Positions 1-9,249 of a stretch of 25,232 nt of DNA are shown here, one piece after another (the stretch's first letter is position 1; each line of letters opens with the position of its first letter). The stretch comes from Perkinsela sp. CCAP 1560/9 (Eukaryota > Protista > Euglenozoa: Kinetoplastea), in NCBI GenBank assembly GCA_965644495.1, contig CBFFSA010000077.1, positions 1 to 25,232 of the forward strand, given 5' to 3'. The notes under the pieces were generated by a model. That model was not told the origin of the DNA and did no database searches. It saw only the letters and a list, made by a program, of their open reading frames with translations. The position numbers and the translations under genes were made by a program.

Positions 1-143
1 AGTACGAACCTCGTGTTTTGGTGGAGAGATCCACAAGAAAGCACGGGTAGACACTGGAAAGCATAATCAGGAATCATTCCGGTGGCGATGTACGTTTCAT
101 TCTTGCGTGCGATGACATCTTGCAGAAGTTTCGTGCAAGTCTT
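1..143 (-). pseudogene. 3' fragment of an RLE non-LTR retrotransposon ORF (runs off the window edge)
   Basis: Identical to 4209-4351. The minus strand reads KTCTKLLQDVIARKNETYIATGMIPDYAFQCLPVLSCGSLHQNTRFV, homologous to the C-terminus of the 2792-3984 ORF. Confidence 0.85.
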
Positions 144-205
144 GTTTTTTTTTCTTTTTTTCTTGTTTTGGTTTTTGTTTTGGTTTTTTTTGGTTACATA
201 GAGAA

Positions 206-901
206 ATTGTTGGGGGGCTTACAATGGTTTAGACCAAGTTTGTCGTCACTACTCCCTGAATCATAGTAAGGAGTTTGTGAACGAGAAGGGATATCATACT
301 AATGGTGCTGAGAGTGTCCACAACACCATTAAATATTGTGTAAGACTCCAACACTATAATTCTGGGGCAACAACGTTGGAGTTGCAGCGAAACGTCGCGC
401 TCCAGTGTGTAAAGTATGGGGATACCCATAATGGCTGCGAGCAGTCTTAGCAGAGTCGCTTTGTTAATATAATGAAGTGTATTAAAGACAACTACGGTTT
501 TCCCGTTCCCGAAGAATTTGAGGAACTCAGTTCCGACAGTTGCGCATCAGACTACGAGGGATGATGCTTTTTATAATATTTGTTCATGCGCAGTCTTTTT
601 TTGTGTATTACTTATTTTCCTGGGACTCAGGGCTCAACCTGACTGGCTAAAAAAAAACAAGAAAAAAAAAATAACCTTTTCCAACGGTAATTCAGTCTCG
701 CTTACAATAAAAAACCAAGCTCCGTTCGTCGAGCTTTTTTTTTACAAAAAAAATTGCGTTTTCATTCATCGAACAGGACATCCTGTTCGATGAATGATTC
801 ATCGAACGGGTCGTACTGCAATCCATTCATCGAACAGGATGTCCTGTTCGATAAATATTCATCGAACGGACAGTGCGTTCGATGAGTATTCATCGAGTGC
901 C
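206..901 (+). mobile_element. 5'-truncated Merlin/IS1595-like transposon fragment (transposase C-terminus plus right end); carries the empty target site of the 0.9 kb element at 576/577
   Basis: Matches ~6875-7245 joined directly to 12176-12447. Encodes CWGAYNGL...HTNGAESVH. Confidence 0.85.
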
Positions 902-977
902 CCCCCCTCCCCGAGAAATCGGCCAGGGGGGGCATTCGATGAATATAATCGAACGCACCGTGCGTTCGATGAATGCC
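761..977. repeat. Array of short hairpins built from ATTCATCGAAC / GTTCGATGAAT arms with variable loops
   Basis: Read directly, e.g. ATTCATCGAAC-AGGACATCCT-GTTCGATGAAT, -AGGATGTCCT-, -GGACAGTGC-, -GCACCGTGC-. Repeated at 4968-5184 and, shorter, at 12368-12447. Confidence 0.9.
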
Positions 978-1022
978 TCTGTGGTCGCGCACTGAGGACC
1001 TATGTCTGCCACTGAGGACTTA

Positions 1023-1912
1023 TTCTTTTTTAGGCTCTTCGTTAAACGCGGTGGTTGTTTTCAACTTAGAAGTCACTCATGCTGCGCGCTTCGCGTTGAA
1101 AACTACCGCCGCGTTTAACGAAGAGCCTAAAAAAGAAAATTTAGCCTGGAAAACGGAAAGATTATAGCCAAAAATAGCCGAATTTCGGGTACAAATGGGG
1201 TCATTTTCGCATATTTTTGCTGTCAGAGCACTAAATCCGACATTTGCGCGTGGGAAATCACTCGCAGGCATGAATGAAAGCCTACCGAACGTATTGGGTA
1301 GAGAATACGACTCCAACCATACCATTCTTTCGACACAAAAATGCCCCTTTAGGTCCGAAAAATACTTTTTCACCTTTTTTAGTCAAAAATGGGTCATTTT
1401 GAGGGGCGCACCATAGTTCGAAGAAGTGATACCTTGCGAAAACAACTGCGGAGAAAGCTAGTGTAGGTTCCAAACTATCAAAATACAATAGGGGAAACGA
1501 TTTTGGAAAAATATTTTTTGTGCCATTTTTTTCGCCAAGTTGAAATTTTTTTCAAAACATTTTTTCCGAAAAAATCCGAACTTGGCGGACCCGTCCTGCG
1601 GATACGCGGGGGGGTCACCCCCGGGTAGGGGGGTGGAAAATGCGCGCCAAGACCCCGGCTACCCTTTCTGCGTTTTTTTTTCGAAAACTAATTTTTTCGA
1701 AAAAATTTGCTCGACCATGACCCCCCCCCTGGACCCCCCCCATGGACCCCCCATTTTTTTCAATTTTGTTTTTCTGTTTTGGACCACCGGAGCCCCCTTT
1801 TATATTTTTTTTCTTCTATTATATTACTGTGTTCCTCTTTATATTTACACTGTTTTTGTTCACTGTTTTTTCAATAATCGAGGGTAGAGCGGTAGTTATA
1901 CAACCACCGCAA
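1023..1912 (-). mobile_element. Non-autonomous ~0.9 kb element, copy 1 (Helentron/Helitron2-associated-like)
   Basis: 43-bp inverted arms (1023-1065 / 1095-1137, 2 mismatches, 29-nt loop) at one end and the small hairpin GCGGTAGTT-x4-AACCACCGC at the other, with an internal TGGACCCCCCC repeat. Strand is assigned by analogy only. Confidence 0.75.
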
Positions 1913-1920
1913 TATAAACG

Positions 1921-2791
1921 TTAGGCTCTTCGTTAAACGCGGTGGTTGTTTTCAACTTAGAAGTCACTCATGCTGCGCGCTTCGCGTTGAAAACGGAAAA
2001 GATTATAGCCAAAAATAGCCGAATTTCGGGTACAAATGGGGTCATTTTCGCATATTTTTGCTCTCAGAGCACTAAATCCGACATTTGCGCATGGGAAATC
2101 ACTCGCAGGCATGAATGAAAGCCTACCGAACGTATTGGGTAGAGAATGCGACTCCAACCATACCATTCTTTCAACACAAAAATGCCCCTTTAGGTCCGAA
2201 AAATACTTTTTCACCTTTTTTAGTCAAAAGTGGGTCATTTTGGGGGGCGCACCACAGTTCGAAGAAGTGATACCTTGCGAAAACAACTGCTTAGAAAGCT
2301 AGTGTAGGTCCCAAACTATCAAAATACAATAGGGGAAACGATTTTGGAAAAATAATTTTTTTGCCATTTTTTTCGCCAAGTTGAAATTTTTTTCGAAAAA
2401 AATTTTCCGAAAAAATCCGAACTTGGCGGACCCGTCCTGCGGATACGCGGGGGGGTCACCCCCGGGTAGGGGGGTGGAAAATGCGCGCCAAGACCCCGGC
2501 TACCCTTTCTGCGGTTTTTTTTCGAAAACTAATTTTTTCGAAAAAATTTGATCGACCATGCCCCCCCCCCCTGGACCCCCCCCCTGGACCCCCCCCTGGA
2601 CCCCCCCCCTGGACCCCCCCCATGGACCCCCCATTTTTTTCAGAATTTTTTTTCAGTTTTGGACCACCGGAGCCCCCTTTTATATTTTTTTCTTCTATTA
2701 TATTACTGTGTTCCTCTTTATATTTTCACTGTTTTTGTTCACTTTTTTTTCAATAATCGAGTGTAGAGCGGTAGTTTTACAACCACCGCAA
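1921..2791 (-). mobile_element. 0.9 kb element, copy 2; right arm of the large hairpin deleted; head-to-tail with copy 1
   Basis: Reads ...CGCGTTGAAAAC-GGAAAAGATTATAG, a deletion between two GAAAAC microhomologies. Separated from copy 1 by TATAAACG. Confidence 0.75.
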
Positions 2792-3984
2792 TTTCACTAC
2801 AGTTACTATCGAAAAGCGTTAATGTAAGGCAAAATTACCACATAAGGGTGCACCCCCCACAAGCCTCCCTTGACCTGACCAGAAATTTTGACGAAAAGGT
2901 TAACAGCGTATTACAGTCATGGTTTGGCAAGCTAACTGCCGAGCAAATTTCATGGATGCGGCTGCCACTAAAGAAAGGTGGCTTAGGCCTGAGTCCGACA
3001 GAACCCTTTCGCCAAACGGCATACGAGACCTCTAAAAGCATCTATCTTGAGCACTTTAATCTTAATTTAGCTCGGGAGTGCTTATTAGCGGCCCCTAAAC
3101 CCGTCGGCGAGAATTCGATTACGGACTCTAAGGCCAACACTGCGTTATATCACGAAAACATTCGTACACGTCTCATGTTGAACCCAAAGACGGCGTCTGC
3201 CATCCTGTCCGCAAGCGAAAAGGGGAACCACGAGTGGCTGATGTACACTGCACGATTCGTTCCTTCACAGCAATTCACTTTCGCCATACTGCCGCGATTT
3301 AATCTACCACATCCGAACTTACCACCAAACGTACAATGTCCGGGGTGTCAAGTCACAGATGACTCAGCCACAGCACTGCGGCACATCCCTACATGTACGA
3401 AATGTCCGGGAATCAACGCTACAACTAAGCACAATGCCCTCGTACGCTATATATATGGGCTGTGCCTCAAAGCAGGATTGCCGGCTGAACGCGAACCACG
3501 ACAGTTCACATCTTACAATTGTATGAAGTGCTCCGAAACAGTCGCCGAACGTCTTAAAAATGAGCACATGAAGAAGTGTACTACGGGACGCATGCATCGC
3601 ACAGGGCCAGACCTTGTTATCTACTGGGCTTCTGGAGAAAAATTCTATGACCTTACCGTGGTTCATGAATTGGCCCCATCGCATCAAGGCAAAAAGGCGC
3701 CCCAACTCATGCGTGACGCGATCTCCCGCAAGAAAAACACCTATGTCGCATCAGGTTTGATCGAATCAGGACAATTCGAATGCATACCGATGCTCGCCGG
3801 AGGGGCACTTCATAAAAACACACGCAATCTACTATACGCGCTCGCGGACCGTTGCCAAATGCCTAGAGAAGATGTGATTCAACATTTTATTCTGCATCTC
3901 CAGGAACTAAACGGAACAACAACGCATGCTCACATGCGTCCGTTTCTTTCTTCCAATATGCAGGAAAAGGAATATGGTTTTTAA
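2792..3984 (+). pseudogene. 5'-truncated ORF of a CRE-like RLE non-LTR retrotransposon (post-RT region, CCHC zinc knuckle, restriction-like endonuclease)
   Basis: Motifs RLPLKKGGLGL, CPGC-x12-H-x3-C, TTKHN, EREP, GPDL, YDLTVVH, KKNTY. The frame is open upstream of the track start back to the element junction (ISLQLLSKSVNVRQNYHIRVH). The RT core is absent. Confidence 0.88.
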
Positions 3985-4075
3985 TATGAGAGAGAAGAAG
4001 AGAAGTCTCATTTAACCAATGCAGACAATCCCAATGATTTACAGCGTAGCGAAAAAAAGATAATATAGAAATGCA

Positions 4076-4351
4076 TCAAGTAAAGATGCATATAAAAAAA
4101 ACACACATCTGGGCATAGACTTCGTTTCCATTTAAGTCTTGAAGCATCAATTTGAATTCCATTTCCACTCTCCCTCGATCCAGCATTGCCGCATCCGCCA
4201 AAGAGTAAAGTACGAACCTCGTGTTTTGGTGGAGAGATCCACAAGAAAGCACGGGTAGACACTGGAAAGCATAATCAGGAATCATTCCGGTGGCGATGTA
4301 CGTTTCATTCTTGCGTGCGATGACATCTTGCAGAAGTTTCGTGCAAGTCTT
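4076..4351 (-). pseudogene. 3' fragment of a diverged paralogous RLE retrotransposon, tail-to-tail with the 2792-3984 copy
   Basis: LLQDVIARKNETYIATGMI...GSLHQNTRFVLYSLAD...LQDLNG aligns by eye to LMRDAISRKKNTYVASGLI...GALHKNTRNLLYALAD...LQELNG. Confidence 0.85.
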
Positions 4352-4412
4352 GTTTTTTTTCTTTTTTTCTTGTTTTGGTTTTTGTTTTGGTTTTTTTCGG
4401 TTACATAGAGAA

Positions 4413-5108
4413 ATTGTTGGGGGGCTTACAATGGTTTAGACCAAGTTTGTCGTCACTACTCCCTGAATCATAGTAAGGAGTTTGTGAACGAGAAGGGATA
4501 TCATACTAATGGTGCTGAGAGTGTCCACAACACCATTAAATATTGTGTAAGACTCCAACACTATAATTCTGGGGCAACAACGTTGGAGTTGCAGCGAAAC
4601 GTCGCGCTCCAGTGTGTAAAGTATGGGGATACCCATAATGGCTGCGAGCAGTCTTAGCAGAGTCGCTTTGTTAATATAATGAAGTGTATTAAAGACAACT
4701 ACGGTTTTCCCGTTCCCGAAGAATTTGAGGAACTCAGTTCCGACAGTTGCGCATCAGACTACGAGGGATGATGCTTTTTATAATATTTGTTCATGCGCAG
4801 TCTTTTTTTGTGTATTACTTATTTTCCTGGGACTCAGGGCTCAACCTGACTGGCTAAAAAAAAACAAGAAAAAAAAAATAACCTTTTCCAACGGTAATTC
4901 AGTCTCGCTTACAATAAAAAACCAAGCTCCGTTCGTCGAGCTTTTTTTTTACAAAAAAAATTGCGTTTTCATTCATCGAACAGGACATCCTGTTCGATGA
5001 ATGATTCATCGAACGGGTCGTACTGCAATCCATTCATCGAACAGGATGTCCTGTTCGATAAATATTCATCGAACGGACAGTGCGTTCGATGAGTATTCAT
5101 CGAGTGCC
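4413..5108 (+). mobile_element. 5'-truncated Merlin-like fragment, second copy
   Basis: Matches 206-901. Confidence 0.85.
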
Positions 5109-5184
5109 CCCCCCTCCCCGAGAAATCGGCCAGGGGGGGCATTCGATGAATATAATCGAACGCACCGTGCGTTCGATGAATGCC
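4968..5184. repeat. ATTCATCGAAC hairpin array, copy 2
   Basis: Matches 761-977. Confidence 0.9.
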
Positions 5185-5229
5185 TCTGTGGTCGCGCACT
5201 GAGGACCTATGTCTGCCACTGAGGACTTA

Positions 5230-6130
5230 TTCTTTTTTAGGCTCTTCGTTAAACGCGGTGGTTGCTTTCAACTTAGAAGTCACTCATGCTGCGCGCTTCG
5301 CGTTGAAAACTACCGCCGCGTTTAACGAAGAGCCTAAAAAAGAAAATTTAGCCTGGAAAACGGAAAGATTATAGCCAAAAATAGCCGAATTTCGGGTACA
5401 AATGGGGTCATTTTCGCATATTTTTGCTGTCAGAGCACTAAATCCGACATTTGCGCGTGGGAAATCACTCGCAGGCATGAATGAAAGCCTACCGAACGTA
5501 TTGGGTAGAGAATACGACTCCAACCATACCATTCTTTCGACACAAAAATGCCCCTTTAGGTCCGAAAAATACTTTTTCACCTTTTTTAGTCAAAAATGGG
5601 TCATTTTGGGGGGCGCACCACAGTTCGAAGAAGTGATACCTTGCGAAAACAACTGCGTAGAAAGCTAGTGTAGGTCCCAAACTATCAAAATACAATAGGG
5701 GAAACGATTTTGGAAAAATATCTTTTTTGCCATTTTTTTCGCCAAGTTGAAATTTTTTTCAAAATTTTTTTTCCGAAAAAATCCGAACTTGGCGGACCCG
5801 TCCTGCGGATACGCGGGGGGGTCACCCCCGGGTAGGGGGGTGGAAAATGCGCGCCAAGACCCCGGCTACCCTTTCTGCGGTTTTTTTTCGAAAACTAATT
5901 TTTTCGAAAAAATTTGCTCGACCATGACCCCCCCCTGGACCCCCCCCCTGGACCTCCCCCATGGACCCCCCATTTTTTTCAATTTTTTTTTTCAGTTTTG
6001 GACCACCGGAGCCCCCTTTTATATTTTTTTCTTCTATTATATTACTGTGTTCCTCTTTATGTTTTCACTGTTTTTGTTCACTTTTTTTTCAATAATCGAG
6101 TGTAGAGCGGTAGTTTTACAACCACCGCAA
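5230..6130 (-). mobile_element. 0.9 kb element, copy 3
   Basis: Both terminal hairpins are present. The CCGCAA end abuts the truncated Merlin transposase ORF. Confidence 0.75.
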
Positions 6131-7233
6131 TAACTGCTACTTACGAGCGGCCGCCTACTGGACTGCGTGATTTACCTCCTCTCCAACAAGAACAACTCGA
6201 TTTCTCTACTTGGCGCAGACGACCTGTTCCTCCTCTTTGTCATGGTTGTCCCGCTTTTACCTGTGTTTCTCATTGGCGGAGTATTACCGATGTCCCACAA
6301 GGACGTGATGCAGAAGCCTGGATGCGGAATCATGATTTGTTCTTCCCACCCATTTGTCCTTCGCACGGGATCCACTTTATGTCCGACGTTCCAGGGAAAC
6401 CAAATTTAAGTATGTGTGGGCATCGAGAACCCGGCAAGGTGAACCGTTGCCGATTGAAAGTTTGTAAGTGGTCACCATTTATTTCTCCCCGTACGCAACT
6501 TACTCCAGGGCAAGTCTTGTTCGTATGGGCAGACAACATGTGCACGGGTCAAGTAACGCATAATCGTGGACTTCATCGCAAGTTGGTTCAGGATCTCCTG
6601 CACACTCTTGCGGATGCAGCGCTCCGTAACGAAACCATGTCTCATTATGAATTCAGTCGAGTGCAGGTCGATGAGACCTTCATCGGCAAACGGAAGTATA
6701 ATCGGGGCCGTAGACAGCGGAAAAGGGGGTGGTGGTTCGCAACTGTCACGGAGTCTCATGGCACTGGTAAAACGGGGCGGACCCATTGGAAATTGGTGAA
6801 GCGTCGTGATACGCCTACCCTCCATGGCTTCATCATTCCCCATCTTGCCAGTGCGCGATCCGTGGTAGTCAGCGATTGTTGGGGGGCTTACAATGGTTTA
6901 GACCAAGTTTGTCGTCACTACTCCCTGAATCATAGTAAGGAGTTTGTGAACGAGAAGGGATATCATACTAATGGTGCTGAGAGTGTCCACAACACCATTA
7001 AATATTGTGTAAGACTCCAACACTATAATTCTGGGGCAACAACGTTGGAGTTGCAGCGAAACGTCGCGCTCCAGTGTGTAAAGTATGGGGATACCCATAA
7101 TGGCTGCGAGCAGTCTTAGCAGAGTCGCTTTGTTAATATAATGAAGTGTATTAAAGACAACTACGGTTTTCCCGTTCCCGAAGAATTTGAGGAACTCAGT
7201 TCCGATAGTTGCGCATCAGACTACGAGGGATGA
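6131..7233 (+). pseudogene. Merlin/IS1595 (ISXO2-like) DDE transposase, 5'-truncated, with a probable premature TAG at 7117-7119
   Basis: Motifs VQVDETFIGKRKYNRGRR, VVVSDCWGAY, LNHSKEFV, HTNGAES. The frame is open from the 6130 junction and continues after the TAG as QSRFVNIMKCIKDNYGF...EG* (TGA 7231-7233). Confidence 0.9.
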
Positions 7234-8352
7234 TGCTTTTTATAATTTTCTTTTTTAGGCTCTTCGTTAAACGCGGTGGTTGCTTTCAACTTAGAAGTCA
7301 CTCATGCTGCGCGCTTCGCGTTGAAAACTACCGCCGCGTTTAACGAAGAGCCTAAAAAAGAAAATTTAGCCTGGAGAACGGAAAGATTATAGCCAAAAAT
7401 AGCCGAATTTCGGGTACAAATGGGGTCATTTTCGCATATTTTTGCTGTCAGAGCACTAAATCCGACATTTGCGCATGGGAAATCACTCGCAGGCATGAAT
7501 GAAAGCCTACCGAACGTATTGGGTAGAGAATGCGACTCCAACCATACCATTCTTTCGACACAAAAATGCCCCTTTAGGTCCGAAAAATACTTTTTCACCT
7601 TTTTTAGTCAAAAATGAGTCATTTTGGGGGGCGCACCACAGTTCGAAGAAGTGATACCTTGCGAAAACAACTGCGTAGAAAGCTAGTGTAGGTCCCAAAC
7701 TATCAAAATACAATAGGGGAAACGATTTTGGAAAAATATCTTTTTTGCCATTTTTTTCGCCAAGTTGAATTGTTTTTCAAAAAAAAATTTCCGAAAAAAT
7801 CCGAACTTGGCGGACCCGTCCTGCGGATACGCGGGGGGGGGTCACCCCTGGGTAGGGGGGTGGAAAATGCGCGCCAAGACCCCGGCTACCCTTTCTGCGG
7901 TTTTTTTTCGAAAACTAATTTTTTCGAAAAAATTTGCTCGACCATGACCCCCCCCCCTGGACCCCCCCCTGGACCCCCCCCCCTGGACGCCCCCCCATGG
8001 ACCCCCCCCCCATGGACCCCCCATTTTTTTCAATTTTGTTTTTCAGTTTTGGACCACCGGAGCCCCCTTTTATATTTTTTTCTTCTATTGGACCCCCAGC
8101 AACTTCGGTACATTTCTGGGGCCACTATGGGACACTGTGGGCCACTATGGGACAATCGGTGCCACGATTGGACACTTCAAAGTTTAAGTTGTGCCTTTTG
8201 ATTGCTTTTATGTTGTGTATATTGAGTTCGTAAGGATTTCGTTCTCATGTATTTTTGGTCGACCACGTACAGCAGTTGTAAAATAGAACGAAATGAAGTA
8301 ACTATGTACATCTAGAATTAAACGTCTGTTTCACAGTAATGAAGCTACTAAA

Positions 8353-9249
8353 ATGGAAAAAATGTTTTGTCCACGCTGCAAAGCAGACCGTAACGTAAGT
8401 CTTGGAGAACCCCGAAGGTGTGTAATGTGTGCCTGTCCCATCGAATGCGATGTAAAGGACCCCTGTATTCAGTGTCACAGGGTTTCAGTTCTCATAGGTT
8501 CAAACTACTGTCCGTTGTGCAATTCCCCTCAAGATGGAGAACGACTTCCCGCCAACACCTTAGACCACATTTATGCTCGTGGTCTGAAGGAAGAAAATGT
8601 TCTTAACGCATGTGCTGAGTACGTGGGTCGCATGCTCTGCGGTACGAAGCTTGCGTTCGGACATGTGGCCCACATCCTTATTCTTATCAAAAGGGCAAAA
8701 GATGTTTCTATAAAAAGATATATCCCGCGTTCGGCCGAAGCAGTTTGCTCGTATTTTAACCATGCGTTGCATCCAGAGGAGCGGGGCTCTCTGTAGGAGT
8801 TTTTGCGAAACCTCTGGAACTTATATGAGGGCAAGCGCGCCAATGAAAAGAAAGTTCTGAGAGACACAAAGACTGCGTTGGTAGCAAGTTTTTTGTCGGT
8901 TCTAGGTGACTCAACATTTGAAATTGATCGAAAGTTTGTTCACCAAGTTCAGGGTGAGATTATGGACAAACTTGGCAATTCAATGGAGGAGAATGTTCCT
9001 ACTGAACTTCTTTCTATCCGGGACGACCTTGTTCAACTGCGGATTCTCAAGAAGGGAAAGACTTCGAATGCTCATCTTATTCACGTTGCCCGACCTCCTC
9101 GTCAAACTTTGACTGCCGCAGATCAGGAAGTTGAGATAGTTGAAGTTCGGAACGATGAAAACCTGGTCAGCAATCCGAAGCGGCAACGCTTTTCCCGCAT
9201 TGCTTCAACTTCAAGTTCGAACACTTTGCATTTTAAAAGTCGTAAGTAA
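8353..9249 (+). pseudogene. Transposon accessory ORF1: N-terminal four-CxxC (double zinc ribbon-like) protein, interrupted by TAG at 8794-8796
   Basis: CPRC, CVMC, CIQC and CPLC motifs. The duplicate copy has CAG at the equivalent position and reads through. Basic NLS-like PKRQR near the end. Confidence 0.75.

Larger units (their letters stand above)
1..1912. repeat. Segmental duplication, copy A (near-identical to 4209-6130): retrotransposon 3' fragment + T-rich tract + Merlin 3' fragment + hairpin array + 0.9 kb element
   Basis: The sequence starting AGTACGAACCTCG at 1 recurs at 4209 and stays collinear to ...CAACCACCGCAA (1912 / 6130). The ORF track shows identical peptides at an offset of 4207. 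Confidence 0.95.
4209..6130. repeat. Segmental duplication, copy B
   Basis: Collinear with 1-1912, with scattered SNPs and homopolymer differences. Confidence 0.95.

Noticed and set aside
761-977. CRISPR array
   Set aside because: The units are inverted arms with 9-17 nt related loops, not direct repeats with unique ~30-nt spacers. There are no cas genes and the context is eukaryotic TE DNA.
1023-1137. Integron attC cassette array
   Set aside because: The repeat unit is 0.9 kb, the intervening genes are truncated eukaryotic TE ORFs, and there is no integrase or clear RYYYAAC/GTTRRRY boundary arrangement.
1023-1912. Spliced-leader, 5S or snRNA tandem gene unit targeted by CRE elements
   Set aside because: No recognisable SL, 5S, tRNA or snRNA sequence. 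The empty-site evidence shows that the unit itself is the insertion.
1077-2827. Short ORFs within the 0.9 kb element (MKKYFSDLK..., Pro/Phe-rich peptides)
   Set aside because: They derive from homopolymer tracts and palindromes and shift frame between copies, so they are not protein-like.
7117-8796. TAG reassigned to Gln (in-frame TAG in the Merlin ORF; TAG/CAG pair in duplicated ORF1)
   Set aside because: Four long ORFs (~370-430 aa, with many Gln) contain no internal TAG or TAA. The three Merlin copies descend from one allele, so ordinary nonsense mutations suffice.
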